DNA from: Porphyridium purpureum
Lineage: Eukaryota
DNA: 64,000 bases
Direction of reading: 5' to 3'
Assembly: GCA_008690995.1 (NCBI GenBank)
Contig: VRMN01000004.1
Coordinates: 1,736,001 to 1,800,000, forward strand
Shown here: in pieces, positions 40,471 through 51,371 of the stretch
Numbering within the stretch: the stretch's first letter is position 1
How the letters are laid out: each line of letters begins with the position of its first letter
The notes under the pieces: generated by a model
Databases searched by the model: none
The model's input: only the letters and a program-made list of their open reading frames with translations
Told to the model about the DNA's origin: nothing
Program-made: the position numbers and the translations under genes

Positions 40471-43317
40471 CTATATTGGTCTGCCTCGCACGTCGACCTG
40501 ATTTCGTGATGATTTATCAGCGTCCACGGCCAAGTCCGAGCCGCGCTCTTGATCGCGCTCGGCAAGCGCTTCACTGTCAGCTTCAGGCTGAAGATGCGCC
40601 CTGCTGCGGCGCAGCTTATGCTGCAGATCGCGGTAGAGCCGAGCGTCGCGAGGCGATACACTGGGGAAAACCCGATTGAATGCGGAAACAAAGTTGGTAT
40701 GGCTAATTTTCAGCACTAGGTCTTGTTGCAACCCGGATTTCTTTTCGCTCTCACGTTGCGCAAGCGCATCTTGTGGTCCACTCTCACGTTCACTCGGACT
40801 TTGAGTGCATCTTTCGCCCATCTTGTTGCCAGTGGCGTCACTAATGCCACTGAGCGTGATGTGTGCTTGGCGTAACGCGTCCATGGCGGCCTCGCGCAGC
40901 AGTGCGCTCAAGTCCGCACCACTAAATCCTTCGCAGCGCCCGTCCCTTGCAATAGCGTCGAGGTCAATGCAAGGGTCCAGCGGTGCTCGGCGGCCAATTG
41001 TCCGTAGAATGGAAGCACGCGCGGCGGCATCGGGCAATGGAACATACAGCAGCTTATCCAGTCGGCCTGGGCGCAGCATTGCTGGATCAATGATGTCCGG
41101 TCGATTCGTAGCCGCAATCACAAAGACTTGCTTCCGCGAGTCCATGCCGTCCAGCTCAGTGAGCAGCTGATTCACCACGCGCTCAGATGCGCCGGATGAT
41201 GACGAATTGCCGTGACCGTCGCCGCCCCCAGCAGAGCCGCGCCGTGGCGCCAGTGCGTCCAGCTCGTCAAAAAATATGATGCATGGCGCTGACGCGCGTG
41301 CGCGCTGGAAGAGGCGGCGGACTGAGCGCTCGCTCTCGCCAACATACTTGTTGAGCAGCTCAGGACCCTTCACTGAGATGAAGTTGGCGCAACTCTGCTT
41401 TGCCACTGCCTTGGCCAGTAGAGTTTTCCCGCAGCCTGGCGGGCCGTACAGCAGCACACCCGCGGGCGCCGCCAAGCTTGGCCCTAGCGAAGCAAACACG
41501 TGCGGTGCTCGAATTGGAGCAACTACCGCGAGCTCAAGCTCGTCTCGCACCTCGTCGAGTGCGCCCACGTCGCTCCACAGTACATCGGGCACTGTCGTGA
41601 AGCCCTCGCGGAGCGCAGAGGGCTGCACCTTTTCCAGAGCCGCCTCAAAGTCGTCCATCCGAATCGCTCTGCCCATGTCAACGTCTTGCTTGCCAGCACG
41701 AACATCGTTTGTGAATTCCGCGCCCGATTCGGTGACTTGGTTATCACTCGGCTCAGAAGGATGCGAGTCCACATGCGTACGTGGATCGTGCGCAAGCTGC
41801 TGACTCGCGGCTTTTGTGATTTCAGAAGTTGACGCAACAGGCACTTCATTGTTCAAGGCTTGGCTTTGTGGCCCGCCGCGAGTCGTCTCATAGTCGACGC
41901 CGACACTATCTGAGCCTGTGAGAATGCGGCGCACGGCGAGCGTAGCAGCCATGGTGGTTAGCGCAGCAAGATCAGCGCCTACGTATCCAGCCGTGCGCCT
42001 GGCGATGCGTTCAAAGTCAAACGGCTCACGCGAGCTGTCCAATGTAAGACGGGTGGCGAGCGTACGCAGAATCTGTGCGCGCGCCTGCTCGTCTGGAGCA
42101 CCGATTTCGAGCTCTCGATCAAAGCGGCCCGCGCGGCGTAAAGCTGGATCCAGAGCGTCCGCGCGCGATGTGGCGGCAAGCACAAGCACAGCGCGGCCGT
42201 GAGTGTGCTCTAGTGCGAGCGAATCGATACACGCAAGCAATTGTGCCACGATTCGCCGCTCCATATCCTTATTCGCACTATCGCGCCGCGCCGAGATAAC
42301 ATCTACCTCGTCAATAAAAATCAGGCTGGGAGCAGCACGTACTGCGCACGCAAACAATTCGCGCAATTTGCGCTCGGACTCACCGGACATGCCGGACACC
42401 ACCTCGGGTGCGGCGAGCTTAAAGAAAGGCACACCTAGCTCACCGGCAATCGCATGAGCCAAGAGCGTCTTGCCGCAGCCTGCTGGACCGTGAAGCAGCA
42501 CGCCACGCGGCGGCTCGACGCCCAGCTCCACGTACAGGTCCACATGCCGCAGCGGCCATTCGACCAGCTCGCGCACGTCCTCGCGCACCGCATCAATCCC
42601 GCCCACATCAGCGAGTCGCGCACGCGGCCGTGCCACCTGAAAAGCACTCGCACCAGCACCAAGAGGTGCACTCGTATCAATCGCATTGGCTCTGCCAGTG
42701 ACCCGAGTCACAGGGCTGCCAGTGGGATGTTGAGCGGCGACTGGTGGTCGTCTGGTTTTTCCAGACGCCGGCACACATACAAAGCTTGCATCTTTGCCTG
42801 CTGATGGACTTGCAGCGTCCGGGGCAGAGTTTTCAGGCAGCAACGGCTCCTGCAAGTCTTCACGGCCACCAGTGCTGACGGCGCGCGCGCGCTTGCGCGA
42901 ATAATTTAGCATTGCATTCGAGTCCAGCTGAGGAGCAGACGCGTGCAAGCGCTGAGGCGCCGCGAGCGCGAGCTCTTCCATGCCTTCGCGAGGCATTTCG
43001 GCGGCGGCCCGCTTTCTGGCGGGTTGCCCATCCGGTGCAGTCTCTTGTGCGTCATCGTCGGACGTCAACAGCGCATTGGTGCTTACGCTGGCACTCACGG
43101 TGACGTGATTTTCCGAATTCGTCGCCTCACTCCACGCCGCCGCGGCCACCGCTCGCTTAGCGGGAGTGGGCAAGCGGCGGAACTGCTGCAAGCGCGCCGC
43201 GAGAAACGCCTCGACTGCGGCCGCGCCTGTCACGCGCGCAAGCAGCTCGCCGTCCCGCAGTCCTTGCCGCAAGACCTGAGCAGCGCGCCCGGTCAACTGC
43301 GTGCGCAAGAGAGCCAT
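40471..43317 (-). CDS. NVL: Type II AAA+ ATPase NVL/Rix7 (CDC48C-like; 60S biogenesis)
   Basis: Two AAA modules: [29 protein letters not shown]; then [10 protein letters not shown] and [22 protein letters not shown]. Confidence 0.93.
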   Translation of the reverse strand: MALLRTQLTGRAAQVLRQGLRDGELLARVTGAAAVEAFLAARLQQFRRLPTPAKRAVAAAAWSEATNSENHVTVSASVSTNALLTSDDDAQETAPDGQPARKRAAAEMPREGMEELALAAPQRLHASAPQLDSNAMLNYSRKRARAVSTGGREDLQEPLLPENSAPDAASPSAGKDASFVCVPASGKTRRPPVAAQHPTGSPVTRVTGRANAIDTSAPLGAGASAFQVARPRARLADVGGIDAVREDVRELVEWPLRHVDLYVELGVEPPRGVLLHGPAGCGKTLLAHAIAGELGVPFFKLAAPEVVSGMSGESERKLRELFACAVRAAPSLIFIDEVDVISARRDSANKDMERRIVAQLLACIDSLALEHTHGRAVLVLAATSRADALDPALRRAGRFDRELEIGAPDEQARAQILRTLATRLTLDSSREPFDFERIARRTAGYVGADLAALTTMAATLAVRRILTGSDSVGVDYETTRGGPQSQALNNEVPVASTSEITKAASQQLAHDPRTHVDSHPSEPSDNQVTESGAEFTNDVRAGKQDVDMGRAIRMDDFEAALEKVQPSALREGFTTVPDVLWSDVGALDEVRDELELAVVAPIRAPHVFASLGPSLAAPAGVLLYGPPGCGKTLLAKAVAKQSCANFISVKGPELLNKYVGESERSVRRLFQRARASAPCIIFFDELDALAPRRGSAGGGDGHGNSSSSGASERVVNQLLTELDGMDSRKQVFVIAATNRPDIIDPAMLRPGRLDKLLYVPLPDAAARASILRTIGRRAPLDPCIDLDAIARDGRCEGFSGADLSALLREAAMDALRQAHITLSGISDATGNKMGERCTQSPSERESGPQDALAQRESEKKSGLQQDLVLKISHTNFVSAFNRVFPSVSPRDARLYRDLQHKLRRSRAHLQPEADSEALAERDQERGSDLAVDADKSSRNQVDVRGRPI

Positions 43318-43825
43318 CGGCTCGGCGCAGGGCTCGAGCCTTGTTTGTGCTGTCACGTGAGTCGCTCCCGCCCTCGCCACGACAAGAAAGCGTGGTCGAC
43401 GCCCGCGCTCTCATGGCCGCGACCGCGCGCGTGAACGACAAGGAAAGCTGTACGCATGACTGTACCTACACTTGCAGGTGGTGCACGCACGTCGCATGGA
43501 AAGGCGCGAGCGCCTTGCGTGTTGCTGCTCGGCACGGCAGCGCGAGCATGCGCTCTCGCCCTGCTCGTCCCGAAAAGCCTTCTGACCCACGCATTCCCAC
43601 GCGTGATCCGGAAAAAAAGTGACCCGTTCGGAAAGATGCTCATGGACACCACCATGGAACAAAAGCCTTTCAAAGGTGGAAGGCACCAGAGCGTCATGCC
43701 TTTTCTTGTGATGGACTGCTCGCCTCATCCGCTCAGGCCATGAACACATTGCCCCATGACGCTGATCGTCAGCAACGAGAAGCAGAAGAAAATATAATCT
43801 GGCTTGACGCTTGCTGGCACTGATT

Positions 43826-46648
43826 TCATTCTTCTGCGTCCACGCAGGCTGAGCTTTCAGCTTGAGCCGCCGCAAGCAATTTGTGCACCAAGGACAGCTT
43901 CTCCCTGATCTTGCTCTTGGTGTGCTCCATCTTCAAACGCTCGTACGTCAGTCGATCCGTGTCTTTCAGCGCAGATGTACTGTACATGCTTGCCTCATGG
44001 CCGCCACCGTCATCGCTCGATGCAGACACCAGAGGCGACTCAAGCCCGTGTTTTAGTGCAGCGGGTGACCGCACACCATCACTTGCATCCGTGTTCTCTC
44101 GTGCTTCGGCATCCATCGCTACGTTTCCAGGCGCATGCGAATGTGCACTGTCGGCTGCGGTGCGGCCGCTCAAATAATCTTCCATGCATTCGACCAACTC
44201 GGCAATAACTTCAGAAGATAGAGGTTCGAGCGCCTCAGCAACCTGTGCATCATGTGCGTCATGTGCATCATGTGCATCAAGTGCATCATGTGCATCATGT
44301 GCATCATGTGCGTCATGTGCGTCATGTGCGTCATGTGCGTCATGTGCGTCCTGTGCGTCCTGTGCGTCCTGTGCGTCCTGTGCGTCCTGTGCGTCCTGTG
44401 CGTCCTGTGCGTCCTGTGCGTCCTGTGCGTCCTGTGCGTCCTGTGCATCATGTGTGTCATGTCCGTCATGTGCATCATGTGTGTCATGTCCGTCATGTGC
44501 GTCGTGTGCTTGATGATCTTCGGTACTGCGGCTGTTGCTTCGACGAACAGCCTCAAGCACGACCGAGCCGAGAACGGAAAGAGTGATATCATTAGGTGCG
44601 GCCTTCGCCGAACCATTTTTCTGGGCATCTTGCAAAGTGCGAAAGAGCGCTATTGCCTCGTTCGTGCGTGGCGGATTCGCCATGCCTAGCACGTACATGT
44701 ACGCAGTCCAGACGCCCACATCCACTTCATAACGCTGAGCGAATAATTGGAACACTTCATCGCACACATCAAGCCGGCCGAGTCGATCGAACCAGCAAAT
44801 GTAGTTGGCCGCCACAAAGGCGGCCAAGTCTGCGTCGACAGACAGCTCGCACGAATCTCTTTGATCTGCGCCCCCAAAAATGAGGGACAGCGCGGCCGCC
44901 TCACAATTTTTCCTCACGCACTGCTCTACGAGAGCCTCATATGCAAAGGCCTGCAGGGTACCGTGCCGCCTTTCTAAGCCGGTGCCGCAAAAATTGTCCA
45001 TCTGTTGATGACTGGCACGCGCTGCGCTCAGCGCGAGGTCAATTTGCTCCGCACGCGACGCAAGGTATACCATGCAGCTTGCTACGATGCTGTCTTGAAT
45101 ATTCCAGCGCTGAAAGACGCGATGCGCACACTCGGTCGTTTCGTGAAGCAGCGAAGACAGCCAGCGGTGCGAAACGCTTGCTACAAGCGCTTTGAAGAAA
45201 GCGCGGAGCACCCGAAGTCTTTCGCGATCATTGGTGCCGAGACGCGGGGCATCAACCAGCACATCACCTAGTGGCAGTAAGGGTTCGTCTACTGCATATT
45301 CCTTGTCAATCGCCAAGCACGCGTCCAAGTACTGATAAATCTGGCGCTCGTGCAACAAGTAACCCAAACGGGAGATGCAGCGCATGTGCTCTCGGGCGGC
45401 GTCAAATTGTGCGGCATGGATGTGCGTGGACGTAAGTAAATGTAAAGTCTGCGGGTCAGGTACAACACCAAGCTCTGCATACTGCCCAAAAATCCACTCG
45501 GCCTCAGCAACATCGTTCGTGATGGCGCATATCCAAGCACCTCGGCTCAGTACACTGGTGTCTAGCATGCGTTTTTCAGTGCCTGCAAATGCTGGCGAGT
45601 GCAACATTTTCCAGAGATTGGCCGCAGCGACCGCTTGACGTCGGTCGAGATAGTAACGCAATAAAACGTCAAAAACTGCGGCATGCGCCGAGTTGTGCAC
45701 CCGCAGCATCTCGATGAAGGCGTTGTGCATGAGTACCGGCTTGTCGCAGTGCGCGTAATGCGCCACAAGTGCCGAATAAGCAAACTCGTCCAACTGTCGT
45801 AACTTGCGCAGGCGTGGTGGTACGTGTTGCTTCTCTATCATGTGCTTCACCGCAAGTACGACGTTCATCTTGCGACATGGCTTTGCAAAGGCTAGTATAT
45901 GCATCATAACATGCGAGGAGAGCATCACCTTGTGAGCGCGTGCGCGCTGCAAAATGCGGACGCTGAACGCCAGGCGTGCACGCGGAGTCAAATGCGTCAT
46001 GCGCTTCGCTAGTGACAGAGAAGAACCAAGTGTCACCCGGTCAAACGGGGCACTGGTGGATGTCAAAAGACCCGCCATTTCCGTCTGCAAGGCCAAAGTC
46101 TCTGCTGCCGGTTCTGCGCTGCGCAAGCCCTTGTTCAGCACGTGTTGTAGCTTTGCGTTGATCGCTTCGGTTTCCGGATGCGGCTGACGCCGCCTGCCCT
46201 TTGTTTCGTCCTGTGCAGGATCGAGACTTGACTTTTCGCCATCTTGCCGCTTCACGTTGTTTTCTTTGGAGTGCTCATCATCAGGTACAAGCGATACGTT
46301 TGCAGCTGCTGTCTCATTCTCCTTCACGACCACACTGCCGATGCTCTCGATGGCGACATCAAGATCGCGAGGGGTTCCTTGCGCTTCTTTGTCTGCACCT
46401 GAGCTTGTCAAGTCCTTGAAATTTTCTTGATCACCGGTCGCAGTCAGGTTGCGCGTATGCGAACGTGTGAACAGCGCACGTGCTGGAGATACCCCGTCGG
46501 CACGTGCAACGAGCCGCTGCCCTGCACCACGCAGAAGAATCGCTGTAGCATGATTCTGTTTTCGAGCCAGGCCACTGCCGCGCACGTACCCATGCGTGCG
46601 AGGTGGAATCGCGAGGGCACGCGCACAAGACAGTAGCGTGTTCATCAT
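43826..46648 (-). CDS. PPR-like helical repeat protein, probably organelle-targeted (paralog A)
   Basis: PPR-like units FAYSALVAHYAHCD, LGVVPDPQTLHLLTSTHIHAAQFDAA and VWTAYMYVLG..NEAIALF. Arg/Ala-rich N-terminus. ATG at 46648. Confidence 0.75.
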   Translation of the reverse strand: MMNTLLSCARALAIPPRTHGYVRGSGLARKQNHATAILLRGAGQRLVARADGVSPARALFTRSHTRNLTATGDQENFKDLTSSGADKEAQGTPRDLDVAIESIGSVVVKENETAAANVSLVPDDEHSKENNVKRQDGEKSSLDPAQDETKGRRRQPHPETEAINAKLQHVLNKGLRSAEPAAETLALQTEMAGLLTSTSAPFDRVTLGSSLSLAKRMTHLTPRARLAFSVRILQRARAHKVMLSSHVMMHILAFAKPCRKMNVVLAVKHMIEKQHVPPRLRKLRQLDEFAYSALVAHYAHCDKPVLMHNAFIEMLRVHNSAHAAVFDVLLRYYLDRRQAVAAANLWKMLHSPAFAGTEKRMLDTSVLSRGAWICAITNDVAEAEWIFGQYAELGVVPDPQTLHLLTSTHIHAAQFDAAREHMRCISRLGYLLHERQIYQYLDACLAIDKEYAVDEPLLPLGDVLVDAPRLGTNDRERLRVLRAFFKALVASVSHRWLSSLLHETTECAHRVFQRWNIQDSIVASCMVYLASRAEQIDLALSAARASHQQMDNFCGTGLERRHGTLQAFAYEALVEQCVRKNCEAAALSLIFGGADQRDSCELSVDADLAAFVAANYICWFDRLGRLDVCDEVFQLFAQRYEVDVGVWTAYMYVLGMANPPRTNEAIALFRTLQDAQKNGSAKAAPNDITLSVLGSVVLEAVRRSNSRSTEDHQAHDAHDGHDTHDAHDGHDTHDAQDAQDAQDAQDAQDAQDAQDAQDAQDAQDAQDAHDAHDAHDAHDAHDAHDAHDALDAHDAHDAHDAQVAEALEPLSSEVIAELVECMEDYLSGRTAADSAHSHAPGNVAMDAEARENTDASDGVRSPAALKHGLESPLVSASSDDGGGHEASMYSTSALKDTDRLTYERLKMEHTKSKIREKLSLVHKLLAAAQAESSACVDAEE
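44243..44512 (-). repeat. Coding 9-bp tandem repeat (~30 units) encoding DAH/DAQ/DGH/DTH
   Basis: tgtgcgtcc, tgtgcgtca and tgtgcatca units read directly. Confidence 0.95.
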
Positions 46649-47304
46649 AGCCACAAGCCATGCACGCTCTTCGTAAGAGCGAACAAGATGACTTGTTGAG
46701 GCCTAGAATCTCTCTCGGCTCAAACTCAAGCCGGCGCGATTATTTACGTCACGCGGAGCGTACGCAATGCAGACGCTGCGTGCTCCCGAGGACGACGGCC
46801 CTGTTTGTGTAAAGCCTTTGATCGACCTCGTCGACCTCTGACCCAGGGACGTGTTGATATTACTCGGATTTTTTTTTCTTGAGCGTGAAAGGCACCGTCG
46901 TCTCGGGCAAAGTAAAGGAAAAAAGGGAAGGTCACGCGCGGAGGAAGAGACGCTTGCGTTGCTGCATCAATGTAGTGGCACGTCACAGGCTGCTCGACCT
47001 TCATGAGGCTTTTTTTGGCGGGCGCTGGCATCGCAGTATGGTGCCTGAAAGGAGAACAGATGATTCAGTGTGGATATGATCTGACGGGCACGGCAGTTGT
47101 CCCATGTAAACTGCCACGCAGCCAACTTCAATGCTATTCAAGCACGTACCATGTTGTGCGCTCGTTCCATCTTGGCGCTTGAACTCCGCCTTTCAAGCTC
47201 TTTGGCCAAGGAAGCGGTGCTCCTTTGTAGTGTGAAATGACGAAGACATGCCCGATGACTTGAACGTGCGCTATGCGATTGAAGAGCTGGCCGTAGTGGT
47301 GACT

Positions 47305-49734
47305 TTACATCTCACTCTCTGTGCTTGCTAAATACGCCCGAATTCGTGCCGCTTTCCTCTCGATCTCGCGACGAGCAGAGGCTAATGTTTGCATATGCAG
47401 GCGCTCCGCTCTGCTCCCCGCTTGCTCGGCCGGTTTCACGAGTCCCTTTGGGGCGCCGTCTTGATTGTCTTGAGAAGCAGGCAGGACAGCTTCAAAACTT
47501 GATTTCTCTTCTGCTGCTCCATGTTTGTCAGGACCAATCGGATTCTCCTTCTCTTCTTTCAAAAATCGCTCCATCATGCCAACCAGGTCGGTAACGATCT
47601 CCAAGGAAGGTCGCTTTTTGTGCGCACTGCTGTCGTGTGTGTCATTGGTACTGCTATCACCAACTAGTCCTTCGAGTATGACCGTTCCCAGTGCGGAGTA
47701 TGCCAGGGCATCGAGAGTCACTGCACCGTTGTTGTCCGCTTTCTGGAATGTTTGGAACAATGCAATGGCATCAGACCATCGCCCCGCTTTGCCCAACACA
47801 GACATGTATGTACTGAATACCAGCAAAATGTCTTGAGCGTAACGATGGGAAAACGTATTGTACACATCGATGCACAAATCGACTCGACCCAGTTTATCGC
47901 AGACGTGCAGAAAGCGTCTGACCAGATAGGCGATCTCGTGCGAATGCAAGGGCTCAGTGCTGTCATGGTCAAAGATAAGAGCGAGCAATGCCGGCTCGCG
48001 ATCTTGCCTGACGCCTGATTCGAAGAGCAAGTCATATGCAAATGCAAGCAACCTGCTATGCGACGTCATCATTGCATGGGATGCACGCACCTGCCGGTGC
48101 GTAACCCGTGCGACGCGCAAAGCAATGTCAAGCTGTCCCGCAAGCGCCGCGAGCGATACCACATGGCTCGCCACTTCGACATCATGCACATTCCAGCGAT
48201 TATACACGCGATAGGCACACTCTAATACATGTTGTGTACGCCGTCCGAGCCGCCCGTCAGAAACGCCTTCGTGGAGTGCTCTAAAGTACGCCCGCAGAAC
48301 GCGCTGACGCTCTGCGTCGTCTGCGCATAAAACAGGTGCATCCACCAATATGTCGGCCAGCGGCAAAAGTAGTTCGTGAAGTGGATATTTTTGGGCATTC
48401 GCCATGGAGCTCGCATTCACGTACTGGTGAAGCTGGCGTTGTTCCAGCTCATATCGTGAGCGGATAATCCATCGCATCAGCTTGCGTGCACGCTCGAAGT
48501 TCGCGCCGTGAATGCACGCCGACGTAAGAAGGTGCAGCGTGCGCGCATCTGGAATGATGCCAAGCTCGACATACTTGCGCATGATCTGCTCGGCCTCGGA
48601 AGGGTCGTTGGTGGCGTTACAGACCATTGCTCCACCACGGAGAAGGCCGCTGGCCACAGTTTGCCCTCTTTCTAGCACCGACCAGCTAATGGACTTCCAG
48701 AGATCATCTGCGGCATCTTTCTGCTTCTGGTACAGGAGGTAGCCGGCCACCTGCTCGAATACTGAACCAAGCGACGTGCGATGCGCGCTCGTCAATTCAG
48801 TGACTTCATTGTCTTTCAAATCTCGGCGACCACAAAGTGCCCAGTGCGAAATCAGTCCGCAATATGCGGCTTTGTCTAAGCGGCGCAGCCGTCGCTCGCG
48901 CAGCGGCGGCGGGAATGGATGCGGTTCAGGATTTGGCGGCTGCTTCTGAATCATATGCTTGACCACGAGAATCACATTGACCTTGCGCAAAGGCTTGGCG
49001 AGCGCCAGGAAGTGCATCATCACGCGCGAGTTGAGTCGCACGCTGAACAAGCGAGAGTATCGGAGCATGCGGACTGCAAACGCCAGCTTGCCTCGTGGCG
49101 TCAAATGACTCAAACGCCTGCTTAGTGCTAGTGAGGAGTCCAGCGTAGTAACATTAAACGGGGCTCCTGACGAGTCTAGCAGGTCCACCACGTACTCTGG
49201 ACCTCCCACCAGTTCTGGGCCTTTCAATGCGGCCTTCAGCGTCTCATTGAGCGCCTCTGTCTCGGGACGCCCACGACGTGGCCACCTTGGTTTTCTCCTC
49301 CTAAGAAATTGCGAAGGCGTCGGATAAACGTCTTTGCGTCTCTTTTCTGTTGATCCATCCTCCATTGCTGAGATCAGCGTGCTGTTGCCCGTATTGTCAT
49401 GGATGGCATCTAATTGGTGTGTTTCGCTCTTGCCATCCAAGCTAGCATGTCGCACTTGCAACACTGCCGTTTTCGTTCCTGCGGCTCCCGCTGAGTGCGC
49501 TACCAAGTTCCCGGTGAGAGGAATCCCAGGCGGCCTGCTCTGCACAACACTGAACATGCGTACGAGAAGCTGGCATGGTCTGACCTGCACATGTCCGCCT
49601 GCATGCCAATCGGGCCACCGCATCCGCCGCCGCTGCCAAGGAGAAGAATCTGTTCGAACTGGCCGACTTGCCGTGTGCGTCCGCTCGAGAAGCTGGCGCG
49701 TTGGCGTGCGCGCACGTGACCAGAGCGCGCTCAT
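47305..49734 (-). CDS. PPR-like helical repeat protein (paralog B, tandem duplicate of A)
   Basis: Shares PETEA.N, APF...TL.SSL.L..R..HLTPR..LAF.VR, ELG..PD..TLHLLTS and LLPL.D.LVDAP.L with paralog A. Confidence 0.75.
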   Translation of the reverse strand: MSALWSRARTPTRQLLERTHTASRPVRTDSSPWQRRRMRWPDWHAGGHVQVRPCQLLVRMFSVVQSRPPGIPLTGNLVAHSAGAAGTKTAVLQVRHASLDGKSETHQLDAIHDNTGNSTLISAMEDGSTEKRRKDVYPTPSQFLRRRKPRWPRRGRPETEALNETLKAALKGPELVGGPEYVVDLLDSSGAPFNVTTLDSSLALSRRLSHLTPRGKLAFAVRMLRYSRLFSVRLNSRVMMHFLALAKPLRKVNVILVVKHMIQKQPPNPEPHPFPPPLRERRLRRLDKAAYCGLISHWALCGRRDLKDNEVTELTSAHRTSLGSVFEQVAGYLLYQKQKDAADDLWKSISWSVLERGQTVASGLLRGGAMVCNATNDPSEAEQIMRKYVELGIIPDARTLHLLTSACIHGANFERARKLMRWIIRSRYELEQRQLHQYVNASSMANAQKYPLHELLLPLADILVDAPVLCADDAERQRVLRAYFRALHEGVSDGRLGRRTQHVLECAYRVYNRWNVHDVEVASHVVSLAALAGQLDIALRVARVTHRQVRASHAMMTSHSRLLAFAYDLLFESGVRQDREPALLALIFDHDSTEPLHSHEIAYLVRRFLHVCDKLGRVDLCIDVYNTFSHRYAQDILLVFSTYMSVLGKAGRWSDAIALFQTFQKADNNGAVTLDALAYSALGTVILEGLVGDSSTNDTHDSSAHKKRPSLEIVTDLVGMMERFLKEEKENPIGPDKHGAAEEKSSFEAVLPASQDNQDGAPKGLVKPAEQAGSRAERLHMQTLASARREIERKAARIRAYLASTESEM

Positions 49735-50845
49735 GCAGAGCCAGCCAGAAAACCGGCGAGCAGTTCAGAGATAAACAGAGCGCGCGACGTCGGCAGACCC
49801 AACGCCATCTGCCTGCGAACTGCAACAGGAACCGCCACCTTTTCGTCCAAAGGACGCGTTGCGCTCGTAAAGTAGTTTGTTTGGGTGTACAGTGAGTACT
49901 GTCAGGTGATGATGAATGAAGTTTGCTGCTGCAAACCACACAAGATTCGTAGCCGACTCGTTTCCGCGGTGTGACGATGCCGCCCCACCGGAGACGCTCC
50001 CTTCCCTCTTTCCCTGCAAGCAGATTGCAGTCTTCTGTGAGAATGCATGCTCCTTTCTTTTAACTGCGGAAGTATGCCTCTCGCCGCGAATCTCCGCTTG
50101 ATATGGGGACTGACGAGACCGCCCCAAAAAACCCCGTGGGAACAAAAGCCCCTTTCTTTCACCTTGCGACTGCGCACACCTCGATATTTGTGAGCCTACC
50201 CAATGTGACCCACCCACCACGACCCCTGCCGACACCAACTCACGTCTGCACGCGAAAAACAACCCTACGCTCGTCAATCTGCTCGCTTCCGTTTGAAAGC
50301 GTCGCGTTTCAAATTCTGAGGGTCGGTTAGCTTCTGCAACAAGCTTCATATAGAGCGCCGGGCGTCCCGCGGCTGCGCCAGCGCTGTCCAATCCCACAAG
50401 AATTCTTCGCATATCGGAGTTTTTGTTCACCAGCCTGTCCGAAATCAAACCACAGTAGCTCCTTATCAAGCAGAACTGGACCGCGATAACGCTGCAGGTG
50501 ACCAGCGCTACCATATAAACTTCAGCACTCGTCGAGCTTGCTGTTCTGGTAGCGGAGCACCTCACATAAACGTACGGACACCAGCACAATATACTGCGAT
50601 TTTGGACCAGAAAGCAGACGTCTTACCGTCTAGAAGAATCAAGACTCCTATCCAGAGCCCAGACTCAACAGCTTGGCGACTAAGCTGTCTAAGTTGACTT
50701 CCTCCCCTCCGCACTCAACAATGATGAAGATTGCACACCAACAAATTGCAACACATAGGTTCATTTACTTTCACAATTCTACGTCTTAAACTTTTCCAAA
50801 ACATTAACGGCAACCTGGCTCGCATCCATTTTACACCCATTGACT

Positions 50846-51148
50846 TGTAACGATCCACCCCTTTTGTCCACCTGCAGCTTTTTCTAATCGCCTCTTTAAT
50901 CTTTTTGTTACAGTCTAAAGTCTATTCTAATGGGCACTGTACCACTCGGTACAGTGCATCGGCCCCCAAAATAACTGGGCGGTCCGGTTAGCTTTAGGGT
51001 CTAGTTGTAGGGTATTTAAGCTCTGCCGCTTCACGGCGGGGATTGGAGAAAGAGAGCGAGAGAGAGGAGAGAGAAAAAGACGTTGGTTTTGAACGCTTGG
51101 GGTCTGGGACACGAGCTGACGATTGGGGTAACCCCCCAAATCGTGGCA
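50846..51148. repeat. Probable LTR at the 3' side of element 2
   Basis: Imperfect inverted ends TGTAACGAT...ATCGTGGCA, internal TATTTAA and a GA-rich tract. No second copy in the window. Confidence 0.5.
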
Positions 51149-51371
51149 GACTGGCCGGCCCATCCTCGCCAACACACATTGCGGCGTAGCCAGACGGCCT
51201 CATTCAACGTACCCCGGCGGGCAAACACGTCGCTCACAAACGCACTTCACATCCAGCTTCACTGGCCCTCCTTTCGCGCAACAGCACGACAGTTAGCAGT
51301 GCCGTTACGGCGCGCTTATACATTGGCCGGATTCCGCCATCTCTCGAAGTCTCATATCCCCGCGTCTGCTC

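Noticed and set aside
44170..44689. ORFs of poly-(CAS), (HVR/PVR), (MCV/LCV) and (THR/THM)
   Set aside because: Alternative-frame readings of the 9-bp repeat inside the PPR-like gene.
49765..50830. 274-aa minus-strand ORF and upstream fragments
   Set aside because: Non-ATG start, no motifs, and overlap with the PPR promoter. Possibly TE debris.
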